Shown: positions 1 through 13,880 of the stretch, piece after piece
Layout of the letters: every line of letters begins with the position of its first letter
How positions within the stretch are numbered: position 1 is the stretch's first letter
Origin: Laetmonice hystrix
Taxonomy: Eukaryota
Reading direction: 5' to 3'
Length of the DNA stretch: 64,000 nucleotides
Assembly: GCA_965235115.1 (NCBI GenBank)
Contig: OZ249439.1
Coordinates: forward strand, 18,476,001 to 18,540,000
Position numbers and translations under genes: made by a program
The notes under the pieces: model-generated
The model's input: only the letters and a program-made list of their open reading frames with translations
Told to the model about the DNA's origin: nothing
The model's database searches: none

Positions 1-3000
1 GGTACATTTTTGTACAATCTTAATATATTAAGAATGTTGACATCTCCAATATTTATTCATGTTCACTAATAATATACGAAATTGCTCCAAGCATCATAGC
101 GTCAGATGTTTCTCTCATTCATGCTATCTTTGACAGTGCAGAAAATGCCATTAGCCTAAAGGTTTTGTCATAATTTGATGAGGGAAAAGGAGCCTTTACC
201 ATAATGTTATCAGGAGGTGTGTCTGACTTAATTAACAAACCCGACTTAATTTGTCCGTCCCTAGTGATCCCCGCAATTTTTCCCAGAACTACAACCAACT
301 GTAATGTACCGGTACGTTGTTTGTAGTTTCAGTCAAGAAAACATGGATGAAAGTTACTTTAATGACGCCATATCCCATGGCGGGACAAGTTCAGGCAATC
401 GCTGCCAGATTAATTTGTTATTTTCAACCTTGTCTAATGGACCTCTCTCTCATCAAGTAGAAGAGTGGGCGAGTGAACTGATGACGTGTCCCCCTAAGAC
501 TCGCTCCGAGTAGATTTATTCCTCGAGGATGGACGTGATACTGTAGTGATGGATGACGCCAATGAACCTCAAGTATTTGGATGAAGTGTCCACTCTGTTC
601 TCAGGCCCAGCTAATGTCCAAGTTGATCAATCTGATGAGCTAACTTAGGCCCGTCACAGTCATGTTCCTCCGCCAGTAGATCCTGTCGAAATACTGTAAG
701 TAAATATTTACAAAACTCCAAACTATCAACGTTGTTAATAATTTTCAAACATTACAGTGTTCGACCTAATGCTGTAATGAATAACGTATTAACATCAGGG
801 GACCCGTGATCTCGGAAAAAGTTTGGCGATTTACAACCAAATGTCTTGCTTTTTTCATGTTTTCAGTTTTTCTTTTTCTTTTGTTTTTCTAAAGGGTGAA
901 TTTTTCATGAAGGCATGTGCTGGCGGCTCGTATGTGTTCCTGAATTCACTTGATAGGTGTGGTATTGCGTCGTTCCCCGTTCCTGCCGCTAATGAGCCTG
1001 ATTAAGAAACTCGGAGTGACATTTTCCCGTATTAATGTTTGATGCTGAGGGGCATGTTACCGGGACACCTACTGGACCGACTAATGGGGCATTAGCCAAA
1101 TTTACCCTCAGGGGTAGCTGGAAATGGGGCACACGACGGGCACTTACCTCAAACTCTAGCAAGTTCTTAATCCTGTTCTGAGTCATGCTGAGTCTGAGCC
1201 GAATCTAGCTTTCATGGATCTGATGGGATGAGATTCCGTCATCATACCTGGTGACTATAAATGGTTGACATTCTGAGAGTTCCAGCTACGAGGCATCCCG
1301 CCACCAGCAGACTCGTGTGAACATCAAAGCTACCTTTGGTGCGTGCTCACGTGACTCTACAGGAAATCTGGGGACATGCAACTCCCTCATTTATGAAATT
1401 ATAACTTTGATACAACTGTGTAGTAATTAGTGCTCTTATCATGCAGTGATTCCCTAATTAGACGGTTGGATCTTACATAGAAAACACAGTAAATCCTGGG
1501 CCCTTCCTTTAAATCTGCACCATGGCGAGGTCTGACGGCGCATGATGTCGAGCCTTCCTTGGGCTGGCTTCACAGAATCACAGAACATCCTTAGATGCAG
1601 CTCACTGGAAACCATGAGAACTGTGCAACATGATAAGGAAAAGAAAAACAAGTGCATGCATACTGTCTCATATTTTTTCGATGCAGTTACATCCCAAGAG
1701 ATCAGAGGGAGAACACAAACTGTCTGCTGATAATGTGAATTCCATTCGACTCGTTGTGAATTCATCAAGCTATGCGACAGCACGGAGCAAGGATAGCTCA
1801 GGGGAGGATCTGCCCAGTGCACTGATGGCTTTGTGACCAGTTTTATACAAGAGGGAGTGAAAACCAAGTCGTCTTAGTGGCACTGCAGGGTCCTGACAAG
1901 GGAAAGGAGGAGAGTTGTCAAATGATGTCAGAATGGAAATATTTAGTCCTTGTTTCACGTCGTGGTAGGCGTAGAGATTGCTCCTGAGTTATGCAATACA
2001 GTGAAGTTTGCTGTGATGAAGCGCGGGAACAGTAGTCTGAGTGATGGGGTTTAGACAAGCGAGAACACTCAGCAGATGTGAAGATGATGGTGTGTGATTC
2101 TTGGAAGGTCACTGCATAATGGATATTGTCTGCCAACAAGAATCTTTGGTTCTGGTGATGGGGCCTACTATATGATGTAGTATAATTGTCATGTACACAT
2201 GTATACACAAACGACGTGTGCTCCTGTAGCCTCGTGCTGCAGTATTGAAAGCCTTGTTTACAGTAATTGGTGGTGTGAATCATTACAAGCCACACCTACA
2301 GCAAGGTGGACTACTTGCATTTTTGGATTATTCTGTCTATGTTTCCACACAAGGCCAGGACCTGATCCTTCCTACTCATCAGGAAAGATCAGTTTGTTTT
2401 AATCTGAATTTTTGTAACAAGACTCGAGATCTGCTGTGTCATTTAAGATTAAATTACGATTTCGCATGGCGTAGTACCAGTTTCGAAGTCAGACATCAAG
2501 GATTAGGCTGGTTGTCGTTCAAATGGTCCACAACATAACGTCCTGATTTATGAGACCTTCCCCTATAGGTCTCTACCGTCATGTTCCCGTTTGTGTGCTG
2601 ACATTTAAGAGATCTTCCTGATATTTAACACGACCGATCTATTAAAGTTAGCATGTGAAGGTCTAACATGTTACAATAGGTTAACTACACCAATTATAGG
2701 TGATTGGGAGGGGCTGGGCGAGAACTGTCAATCACCAAGGCTATCTGTAGGGGCCTATGTACAGTTTGGTACTCAACGCAGCCTTGCGTGATTATATTCA
2801 TAATGTGCCATAACGGCCTTTGTGGATCAGCAAGCCATTGGTCCTTGATTCATTACCTTTGCAGTATCAACTGTATGTAGGTTACAATAGCAGGGAAATG
2901 ATTCGGTATTTCATTAGTGATGTGATATTTTGTATGTGAAAGTACTTTAAGGTGGCTGCTAGTTCTGACGGTCCATTACATCTCGGCCTCCAACAAACAT

Positions 3001-4740
3001 CTAATGGCAGACATGGAGCTGGTTTATGCCTGTTAGCGGGGGGCAGGGTAACTTGGATTTGATATCAAGGATGGTAACCTGGCAACAGAAGGTCACGAGG
3101 ACGCTGGGAATCGCCTCCAGGCCTCAAGTGGCTGGCCAAACAGCTTGATGGTCCACGCTTGAGCGGATCGATACTTCATTAAGATGTTTCAGAAGTCATA
3201 TAAGGCTAGTGTAACCTCAGCACACGGTGTGCCATGGTAACTGATAGCACCTCTTTATGTGGGCACAGTTCCTGTCCATGGATTCATGTCCGCAGTGTCG
3301 GCACATGATACGCAGTGTACATACAGGGGATTATAGAGAACGTTCTACACAATACAAGCTCTGAGAAAATGAAGAAAATGTCTGGTGAGCTTGTATTTGT
3401 TATGTTACCGTGGATAATTAGAGATTGTGAAGCTTCCACTGTTCTACCTTCTGATACTGTGCACAAAGATCTGACAACACGTTCTTGGTTTCTATTTGGT
3501 CTGGCTTTCATAGATGTATTATCCAGAGCTGACACATTTTGGATGCCATATACAATATGGCGAAGAAAGTTTTTGAAAAACATATGCTATACTAAACAGG
3601 CCCTATCGCTGGTTAACGTCATCCTGCTCTTGAAAGCCAACAAAAGTCTGAGGGAAGAGTGACATTTGTAAATGTCATGCTAGTATCAGGGGTGTAGTAA
3701 ATGTTGAGAGATTTGGCTAATCGGCACGAACTGAGGCCACCACCCAGACTTGCCATTCAGAGCCTGTCTGATTGTTGAGTTGGCAGTGATATATGACCGC
3801 ATCTGGCGATAACCTTTCAGATATAGTTCAGTAGCGTACTATATACTCATCGCCTATATAATATGCAGTCGAAATCTGATACCTGCCTTGGATGTGATGG
3901 GATTCATGACACATTCGCCTCAAGAGCCCAAGAGCTGTCAGACATTAGCAGAAGATATCTGGTTGAGATTGTATATCCTGGGGAAGTCATACTGTGGCGT
4001 AGTCTGTAATAGGTGGGTTGTGGCAACTGGCGGCAGTTGAGACGTGCCTTTTCCAGACCCTACCCACTCAGGCATATGATTGCTTGGATCATATTCATTA
4101 GATCTGCATGGTCTTGGCTTGGAAATTAATTATAAACAGCATCAGCGAGGGTACGCCTTAAGGTTTCTGAAATAATATTCGTCAGAAAAATACCCCCTCC
4201 CTAAAATTCCCAAGCTCTTGAAGGTGTTGGCATTCGAAGACATATTCATGATTGTCTTCTAATAATCAGAATAAATATGTCGCTTGAGTAGTCCATCATT
4301 TCGTCATCAACGTGATGGTATCTGAGTATCATGGTATCGATAAGAGAAAACGAGACTGTAAAACTTGTATACATACAAAACATCCAGCACTTGCATTTCT
4401 ACCATCTCAGACCTGCATCCTTTATCAGGTCTGCTGTTAATCTGAGCACGTTTTTGCTGTATTGGAGAAAAACAAAGTAGTTTTCAAGAGGAATTACCAG
4501 TTAATCAGAAATCCAGAATTGTTAATATATGTGAACTGCTCGTCAGTAGCACCATATATCTCTCATTTAGTCGTTCAGCCCTCAGACAATGGCAGTGATC
4601 GATTGAAGTAGGTAGCCGTGATTGACGACCTGTTAGAGAGACACCAGGGAGTTTCTGTGTAAACCATGACGAAGCATGCAGCCATCTGGGGACAGTTACA
4701 GATCTGTGAAATATATTGTCAAACATTACACAGTGACGAA

Positions 4741-4777
4741 GAGAGAGAGAGGGAGGCAGGGAGGCAGGTAGGCAGGG
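4741..4777. repeat. Purine-rich compound microsatellite (GA)5 + (GGAGGCAG)-like x3
   Basis: GAGAGAGAGAGGGAGGCAGGGAGGCAGGTAGGCAGGG. Confidence 0.8.
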
Positions 4778-7700
4778 AAAAGAAAAACAACCCAACTGTT
4801 GCTTTTTCAGCTATAACATGAAGTCTTCAGTCTTGAGGTTTTGTATCAGCAGTGGATTGCGTCTCAAGGTCTGAGAACAACTCTTGCTTTTTCAGTAGTA
4901 CGAGTGGGGACTCTTGTGGTATCTTGGTGTATTGGATTGTTAGAAATCATTCGTTTACATTGCTAGTCCGATAGAAGGTGTTGTCGGTATTGTTTTAGAC
5001 TATGTGAGAATGGTATTTTATATGATAGGTGTGTATTGACAGGACACGTTACCAGCTTGCATGTACCTCAAGGTCAATAACTGGCAACAAGCACTTTGTC
5101 TATCTTACTGTGGATTTGTAGGCAGGCCAGCAGCAAATCCTCAATCTCAGGCGGTCAGTGATGGACTGCTGGTGATGCCGAGAATGCAGGAACAGTGTGC
5201 TCTAGGCGCAGAGGGCAGAGAGGGAGCACAGAGCTTTGCAGGCCTATGACGGCCCAAGTTATTGACTACTCTTCTGCTCCTCTGGTCGAGCTCAAGCTTT
5301 CACATGCTGCTGTCTCTATTTTTGCTACAGGTGTTAAAATCATTCAGACTGCTAGAAGCCAAAGACATAAAAGAATCGACATTCGTGACTGAAAGACTGA
5401 AACCATGTGAACGAGGCGACAGATTGCTGCTGCCAGTGACAACCTATGTCAACCAGTTCCCAATTGGTTTATCATAGGCTTGCAGCGTCCATGTGCCTAG
5501 TTTTCTTTAACAACAGCACAACATGTAGTTTATATAACAAGAAATTGTCTTTCGATACAAGAAACTTTCTTGTGGGTGAGGTCTTGTGGATGAGGATGTG
5601 ACAATCTTTATCTATTGGACTTCTGATTCTGGAGCTAGACTCGTCTACCATGTTGGGTTTAATTTGACAGGGTAGATTTCAATGGTTTCCCTTAATATTG
5701 ACGATTCATAAAGAAACTGGAAAAGGAAAAATGGGGAGAGGGGCGCTATTCCAGGCTTAGACTGATACAGCCGGGGTGATGCCACTGGGGCTACTCGTTC
5801 TAAGCAGTTCCAAGGCTATAAATGGCAGAAATGAAATGCCTAAATTCGCGTGACTCCTTAGTTGGTCCTCGACCCCAACCATGTACATTTATGGACGATC
5901 ATAAACGAGACGGCATCGTTTTCTTTCTACAATCCCAAATTCCCTTGAGTAGAGGTTTAGGTATCGTAAACGTTGGGTTATTTTAGCGTCATGAAATGCG
6001 TAGCCGAGTCTGGGTGGTGGAGACGGTGCAGTAAGCCGAGGCTGGCTGCTTGCCGTGCCCCGGGTGTACTTGGCGGCTACATCTTCTGACAGTGAGTGAT
6101 GCCCGAGCTTATACATTGGAGAGAGATGTGCTCACGACTTCCTCAAAGCACTTACCTTCACACAATGAGCTTTTCACACTGCTTCCAGAGGACCATTACT
6201 AAACCTTGGGTGGTGTATTACCGACACTGTTTGTACCTGTCAGACTGGCAGTGCTGAAGGCTGCCAAGCCACCGGGTTCCGGAGTAATGGGTGAACAAAC
6301 AAGAGAAAACCACCTTTGACAGTCTAGTCTTTGATGTGAATGACGATACACATCAGATATGGGTTAATCCTTGCTGAGGGCTGGCAATCTTAGCAGATTG
6401 GAGATGTAAACTATGCTGATATGAAACACCGTCGTTTGATCCCCTGCTCGAAGAAGGGAAATTTCGAATTAATCCTCTTGGATACAGTTGCTTTTTCAGT
6501 AGGTTTAAGTAGGACGTATCAGTAAACCGAATCTGTCTTTCATGTATGTGAAGACTGAAGTCCAGGAAATCTTGGAACAGTTGATATCGGTGACCTTTAT
6601 AATCAAAGAATTGGCATTCGAATCGAAATATTTCAAATCAGATAGAGATGGGTTGTCCATTATAAACCATTTAAAAATTACATAAATGTATTAAGATATA
6701 TGCACAATAATGGAATTTGCTTAATTATGAATCCAGTGCCATTAATCTGTAACCTCATCGTATCATCTGAAATTTGGCCTTTTTTGAAGACGTTGGGTTG
6801 CAACAAACAACCCTTGAAGACTGTATCTTTGTAGTGGGATGAAAGTATTTTAATACCAAAAGCCGTACCTGTATCAAACAGTAGTCCTTGCACACTCAAT
6901 CAATGATTGTCTCTTCCAACCGCATCCAGCTATGTATTGACTACCACGTGTACTCTTTTATATAGAACCGTGTGTGACACTGCCTGAGGCTGGAAAACCT
7001 TGCCACTCGTCGCCCAACCCCCTTTGCCTCTCCAAGCATTAAACACAGCATCAGGGCAATTGAGGGGCACCAGTGCTTACTTTGCCACTTGGTGCAGACA
7101 TTGCTCGGTTGCGGTTGCGGGAGCTCTTATCTCTGGCCTAACACCCCCAGAAGTGAACAGAAATACCTGGGAGAGCAATATATCTCTGTTTGAGGTGTGA
7201 AAGGCAGTCATCAGGACCATCCCAAGTGAGGACCTCCCAATGAAAATGCAACAAGATACTGCTGCTCTACTTTCACAAGCGGTAATACCACTGCGGTTCC
7301 GGTCGATACCTGCTTTGACAGCTCCTATGCGGCGCTGTTTACCCTCCAACATAAATCTTCTTACATTGAAGGGTGGGGTTTTTATGATCAGACGTTGGGG
7401 AAATATGCGAGGATATGGGGGCCAATGATTGTGCCTGGTGGCATCATTATTCATGTTGGCGAGGATGTCAGTAATTAGGAAGGCAGGGTACCAAGCCAGA
7501 AAGGTGACGAGAACTGGGCTGTGTTCGGAAAGGTAAAGAGGAAGACAGAGCAGGCGGGGGGCAGAAGCCATGGATGCTGGGCACACAGTTGACCATCCAG
7601 AGAATAATCTGGTAGCCGCTGTTATGGCAGTCATAAATCATAGTGATGGCAATATAAGCATGATGGCAATGTGATGGTGACACTAAACTACAGCAACGAC

Positions 7701-7972
7701 AGCAGCCCTAGAGGCATCGTGGGGAGTAAACCAAACAAACCAAAGCATCAAGGTCAACAGACTCTTGTTACTTATTCTCCTCAACAGCTTCGCCGACCTT
7801 TCGCTGATATGGTGTGTATAGGACCGTTGGATAACCTTTCAGGTCATGCCTTGCAGGTTCCAAACTGGATGGCCCAAATAGAAAAGAAAACAAATCAGTT
7901 CCGTATTATTCCTATAGGTGTCCCTGAATAGTCATACTTAAGACCGTGAACAGGGATAGGTGGTGTTGTAGT

Positions 7973-8011
7973 TAACCCAAGGATCCTACTAGAAACTAGG
8001 ATCCTTGGTTA
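7973..8011. repeat. Inverted repeat / hairpin with 12-bp perfect stem
   Basis: CCAAGGATCCTA (7977-7988), loop CTAGAAAC, TAGGATCCTTGG (7997-8008). Extends a few more bp across a 1-nt bulge (TAAC / GTTA). Confidence 0.85.
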
Positions 8012-8561
8012 GCCTATGACTGTAATGGAATATTGTCAGATTCAGTAAGGTAATCAAAGCAGCCCTCTACGCAATTAATCTTCGCCGATTAGGAACAGGC
8101 GAAATGGCGATTGTTTCATGATGACAAATTACCATGAAGATGACACTGGTTTAATGACGCAGCGTTTGCCTTTTTTTAAACATGATCTTGCTCATTACGT
8201 TCCAGCTGCCAGAATGGTAGCACTTTGTGATATTTAGGTGGATAGATTCCTAATTCATTATATGGTAGCATAATTGTCGTAATGAAACATTACTTTGCCT
8301 GACCAAAGTCGGGCGTAATTATGCAGTGAAAATTGTTTCAATCAGTTATTGAAAGTCTTTATTTGCGGTCCACGAGGCGTATTGCTTCCGCCACTCTGAC
8401 GTAAACCAGAAACTAATTTCACTTTGTTTGTTGTTGAACACTACTGACACATTCTGTGCTACATGCAGTATAGGAAGAATGTACAGCTCTTGGCTTTCCT
8501 CCTCATTTTATTTTTGAAAGTGGTATTAATTTTGCTGTAAAAATGTTTGGGCTCCAGCCCG

Positions 8562-8597
8562 TTTTATTTATTTATTTATTTTTTTTTGGGGGGGGGG
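8562..8597. repeat. (TTTA)4-T9-G10 simple-sequence tract
   Basis: TTTTATTTATTTATTTATTTTTTTTTGGGGGGGGGG seen directly. Confidence 0.9.
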
Positions 8598-8639
8598 CGC
8601 TACGGGATGAGATACGGGCACGTTCCTTTTGCCAGTCTG

Positions 8640-8696
8640 TACAGGCTGGGTTGTAGTTCGATATAAGTTAACCACGAAACTACAGCTCAGATTGTG
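8640..8696 (+). ncRNA. Candidate pre-miRNA-like hairpin (unnamed)
   Basis: 5' arm TACAGGCTGGGTTGTAGTTCG pairs with 3' arm CGAAACTACAGCTCAGATTGTG: about 20 pairs including 4 G.U, one mismatch and one bulge, 14-nt loop. No match to miRNA families I recall. Confidence 0.2.
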
Positions 8697-11249
8697 GTTC
8701 GATCACCCAACTGCATAAAAAAGGTACAAGATGTATCTGTAGAGGAGGCCAGTTGACCTTTTCCTTAAATGAGGCTACGAGAAAACCGTCTAATCAGACC
8801 AATTACTGGATCCTCCGTTCCCCTGGTTAGTGTAGTTAGTGTATGTGAATTTCTTCAGTCAAAACTAGCACATTTGGGTGTATTATGTAATAATTCCATG
8901 TTAGATGTTGTGAATAACGTGTTTAGGCAATTAATTGACCTGCAAGTTAGATACCCAAATTTTCATGATTAGTTTGCCGAAACTGGTGGATAGGAAGCGA
9001 TGAGTTCTGCAAGAAAGCACCATTTCGTTCTTATCCATGAACTCTGTGGTTACTGCTGGCCTTGAACTTCATCTCCTGAGGTGAGGTCTTGAGATGTCAG
9101 TGTCTGGCTTGATTTCCCTCCAGATACACAATGATAAATGATGATCCCTTCAGAGCTAGACAGATCCCAGGTATTCCCCGCACCAGGTCAACCAACAGAT
9201 GATGATTGGCGGTAAAACTTAAACGGCAGAGATTCGGTCTCACTAATCTAATGGCAGATGTTTTGAGAGCGAAAATACCCACTCGTAGATGGGATGCGCC
9301 GTTTTGGCGTCCTGATTTCCCGGCATATAATGGCACCTTAAGTGAAAAGTTACCAGCCGAGAATCATTAATAAGACGCCGGGAGGCGGGCAGTATTGCAT
9401 CTTGATGTGTTGACCGTGTCTGGCAGAAGTGTTACGATAATCATGAAACAGTGGGTGCTGTTGGAAGGGGAGGCTCCAGGGAAGATAGGTGCGAGTCGTG
9501 GAGTTGTTTATGGTACACGTAGATCCCTGTTAGGGACTGTGGGTTTAAGGAAGATGCCTAATCAGATGACGGAAGTCCGCTGGCTTCCTCCAGTCTGATG
9601 ACTTCCAATGAGCCCCTTGGTCAGGCTGCCCGGAGCCGCCACATCATCGCATCCTACCATCTGCATAAAATCTCCATCAGTCATGCATGATGTGGTGACA
9701 ACGTGCCGTGCATAGCTACACTGACATGACACTAACCATCAGGGATTACTCTTACCCTAGCTGTCAGCCAAGACACCGAGATCACAGACAAAACAACGCT
9801 GATTTATTAGGGAAATCTACACAGCAGGCGTTTGCTATAGGTCATCGCAAGTATCATACTAATCCACAAAGGCTCTGGGGCAAGGTAACGACATCTGACA
9901 TGTTTTCTGGTGCTGAAATGGTTTATGATGGCATTGATACGTCTCATTCTCAAGCTCTGCCGCTTGGTGTTTGAATTTTTACTGATTCCCAGCGGTTAGA
10001 CACTGATGATGTCCTTAAAGGCCCTCCAAGGCAGTAGCCATTGCCCATTGAATCACACAAACTGTGAGGGCAATAGAAACCGCCATGGTACGTGGGCGAT
10101 TCAAACTGGGACCGTTACCGTTTTACAGCCAGATTACTGTTGTCACCTGGGTAGGGCATCATTTACCGAACTCTAATATGAATGTTACTTTGACCTTGGG
10201 AGACGAAGGTTGACTAGCCCCACAGATCGGTGATCTATAATGGGGCAAAATGGTGTCCAGAACTCTCGTTGATTTATTTGCTAAGGTCGCAAGTTTTGTG
10301 TGCAAAGCAGAAGCTTGCTTGGTGCAGTGATAGCTTTGCTGATTAAGCATGCCATCTTGGCAGTTGCCTTAGAGCTGACCGTAAATGCCTTGGCATGGGC
10401 TAATGAATGAGATGACCTTGAAGTGAGTCCAGATGATCGCTCTGACCCATACTTCTCACACTGGGTATAAAACGTGAGAATCAATATCGACGTGGAAGAT
10501 GGCCAAACCTCCAGGGATTTATATGCTTTTGGATCCCAGCACTGAAATATGACCCGTTGACCAGCGATCACCAGAGACCAACTGCAATCATATTTGTATG
10601 GTTATGACAGCGGATGAGTGCCGGGGAGAGAGGCCCGAAACCCTGTCAGAGCATCGCAGAAGACATTCAGATGTATCAGACACTGATGTGTTTAATATGT
10701 TCCAAGAATTTGAAAAAAAGGCTGCGTTTTTGTCTTGTGATGATCTCCTTTGGGGTGAAACAAATAAAACGATTGTTACTCGACTGCATGCCAGGCACAT
10801 TCAGCTTTATTTAAGAGCACAAAGTGGCAGCAGTGGGTGTGATGCCCATGAGAACGCAAAGTGATTAAAACAGATGCCTCAGTGCGCACTGGCAGCAACC
10901 GGCTGAGGCCGCTACTTGTCTGGGGCCATGGTCGTCAGACGCCAGCTGCCAGGTGCCTAATTTCCCAGGTGGATGGCTGAGCGGGATCGGTATGGTGGGG
11001 AAGGATCAGTTGAGTTAATTCCTGCTGATAGCAGAGCTATAGCCCTATAGATTATCTATGGGCTAAACGTGGACGAGGCCGGTCGCGACTGTATACGCAG
11101 ACATACGATCATTCTCATGATTATTGAGCTGCAGTCGTGTAAGCTCTTCAGTCTTCCTGCTTTTAAGATGTTGATGCAGTATGCTCCCAACCCTTCGGTA
11201 CCTATCGTCGTCAGAGGAACAGAAACATATACGACGGCTGTACCAATGT

Positions 11250-11384
11250 AAAATATTTGCAGAGGTTGTCTAAAAACCAGTCTTTTTAAGAAGGCAATGG
11301 AACAAAAAATCTAGTCTGTGATAATAATGAGGATCAGGCTTATATTGAAAGACGAGGATATAGTGTGATCTCATCTGCATAGGG
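11250..11384 (-). mobile_element. Possible highly decayed non-LTR retrotransposon (CR1/L2-like) RT fragment
   Basis: One minus frame reads PYADEITLY...(3 stops)...DWFLDNL, resembling the YADDxxLY...WFxxNxL layout. Spacing is 34 aa versus about 30 typical. Confidence 0.2.
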
Positions 11385-13880
11385 AGTTTAAGTCAAATAC
11401 CCCCGGAGGGCTGGGCAGAATAACGGAGAACGAACCAGCAGAGGAGAGGGAAATCCTTGGTCATCAACACTGCAAACCTAATCTGTCCAATTTCCCTGGC
11501 CAAGCTGAGCCTTGGCCTCTAACATACTCACAGAAAGTGCCCTGACTGCCTTCATTGCTTTAGATTTAAGCCGAGGAGGCCTGAGTTGTGTTCCTAATTG
11601 ATCTGTTCACTTGTCAGTGTGTGTAGGTTCCGCTGGGAAGTTTGCCTCCTATTTCCTTCTTTCACAGCCGTCAGCAATTGGGTTACTTGGGCTGGTCTTG
11701 GCTTGCTTCGGTCCAGTATGCAGGCCCACAAGGGATACTACAGTCTCGTAGTGCAGCCACCAACAAATTATCCAGGCGGCTAGGGATGATAGGGTGCAAG
11801 TTTTGGTTTACAGGTATTAAGGGAGAAAGTGGGCAAGGGAGATACCAGACAATGGGAAATCCCAGCCCTCATTTCGCTGTCTTTAATAAGCACTGCTCGT
11901 GGCTCCCTCTGTGATATTTTAGGTCAGAGATCTGGAGGCTACAAACCTTAATGTCTGCACCGTTTGTGTTCGAGGTCGTCAAAATACAGAACACAGATAC
12001 AACGGTAAACGGTAGATGAACTTCCTTCCATAGAACTGCCTTGAAGGGGAATTAGGAATGAAGTATTTTATGTCTATACACGCATTATGTTTATGGCGAA
12101 GGGTTCCGTGGACCATGTAAGCTTGTAGTTAATGAGGTCGAAGCTGTGCAGGATCGTGCACGATTTAATGCATTCATTACATACGAATATTACATTATAC
12201 ATTGTCCAGTCAGTGAAGGAACTTAAGTCTTTGATGGCTCCCTTGCCGTAACGTTTACAGACAACCCAAATACCACATTGGTAGCTTTAATAAGCGCATA
12301 AGAGCTACAGTCAATATAGGTCAGATCTCTATAGATCTAGGTATATAAGCTAGACGTTTAATACCTCATTAGATGACAGTAATCATCTGGCGAAGTGATT
12401 AATATAATATCTAGTTAAAGGTCGTGTCAAACCTAGGCTGCGTGGAGATGTTCTTTTTACAGCTAGAGTTCAGGATGTGCATACGGAAGGCATTCCCGGA
12501 GTAATCTTGACAGGAAGGATGTAGAATTACGCCCCTATTGCCAGTTAATAGAAACCATTCATTGGGCACTAATACGGTAATGGTCGAGCTCAGGTGGGGC
12601 CAGCAAGGGTAGGTCAGCCAGATAATGTTGGACGGAATATCAGGTCATACCAAACAGAAGGTCATCAGGGAACGAGTCATTGCAGCTATGGAGTACGGCG
12701 TGTATTGTCACTAGAGTCGTCATGCTGTGCATCTTGAAGAAAAGACCTTTAAGATTAAAATAAACTGCACCTTTAATATCTCTTCCTGGATAAGCATTGA
12801 TTGTATTTGAAAGGAAACGCCCTCGGGACCAAGTTTAAGGGCAAGTGGAGACCTTTTTGAAGCTAAATCAATGTGAACAATCAGAAATTTACAACATGTA
12901 ATTAGAAAAGAGTGCCAAGGGAAACTATTGTTTCAAAAATGAAAGAACCCTTAATAAAACGTAGTCATCTAAGTAGATATTCCTCGAGGACAGGTGGTAA
13001 GGGAGCATGTGAAAGTAGCGTTCGCCTGCCAAGATGTATTTATAGTTAGAGCGTAATACTGTATGCTATGCATGCAGCGGTCCGCTGTCATCTTGGTTGT
13101 ATTCATCTGTTGTGGCCTGCCTAAACTGTGACCATCAGCACTGGGTGTGTCCTTCCTCCGCGGTTGCCATCAAAGGCAGCCGCTGTCAGCACTGAGTTAT
13201 GGCTCAATCTCTACCCATTTCCTTACCCATTATCTGCCACTCTCCCTGGCCCCTTCTGAATCTCCCTTTCCGAACTGGCAATCCCGCACTGCCCTGACAG
13301 ACAGCTGCAGGGAAGACCCACAATTGTCCTCCCAAGTACAGCATTCCAACAGTGATCCTGCATTGTCTACATCAACCAGATCTAGATTGTCATGACCCGA
13401 TACATGTCCAGCGTGTTGCAGACTGTAACTACCCGCTAGACCTGCCTTGGGGCCATTACTGGCTGCTACTTCCAGCCGAGCCAGAGAGGGGTCTTGGTGC
13501 ATTGCCACTTTGGTGGTTGAGTTCATTGGTGGTTACCGGCAGCCGTTCTCCGGACATGACCAACATATAGACAGGGGTGCGAGACCGCAGGTTTATAGCG
13601 TTGGTGGTTTCTGTCTATAAGGAGGTGTACATGGTCTTTTAAATCAATCTCAAACAAACCCGGACACCCTTACCATGTTCCTTACATGCTTTCTACAAAA
13701 AGGACAAATTACATACTGCATGTCGAATAGTCTGTTGGAGCCTATAGGAGGAATATTGTTTCCCTGAGTAGTGTATAAAAAGAGGGCGTATGCTACCACT
13801 GGGTATGCTGTTCATATCCCCCGATGATGGGCCTCTGATAGAGTTATTTCGTCATATTCTTCGAGTATCCGTATTTGATC

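Noticed and set aside
3459-3485. Kinase catalytic-loop-like VHKDLTTRS
   Set aside because: Lacks the conserved Asn and no other kinase subdomains in the surrounding ORF.
7077-7634. Longest ORF (185 aa, minus)
   Set aside because: No recognisable domain, and this length is about what the longest chance ORF in 64 kb would be.
8683-8710. tRNA/SINE B-box-like GGTTCGATC (also GGTTCGAGTC near 22124 and GGTTCGATT near 55397)
   Set aside because: No properly spaced A-box or cloverleaf.
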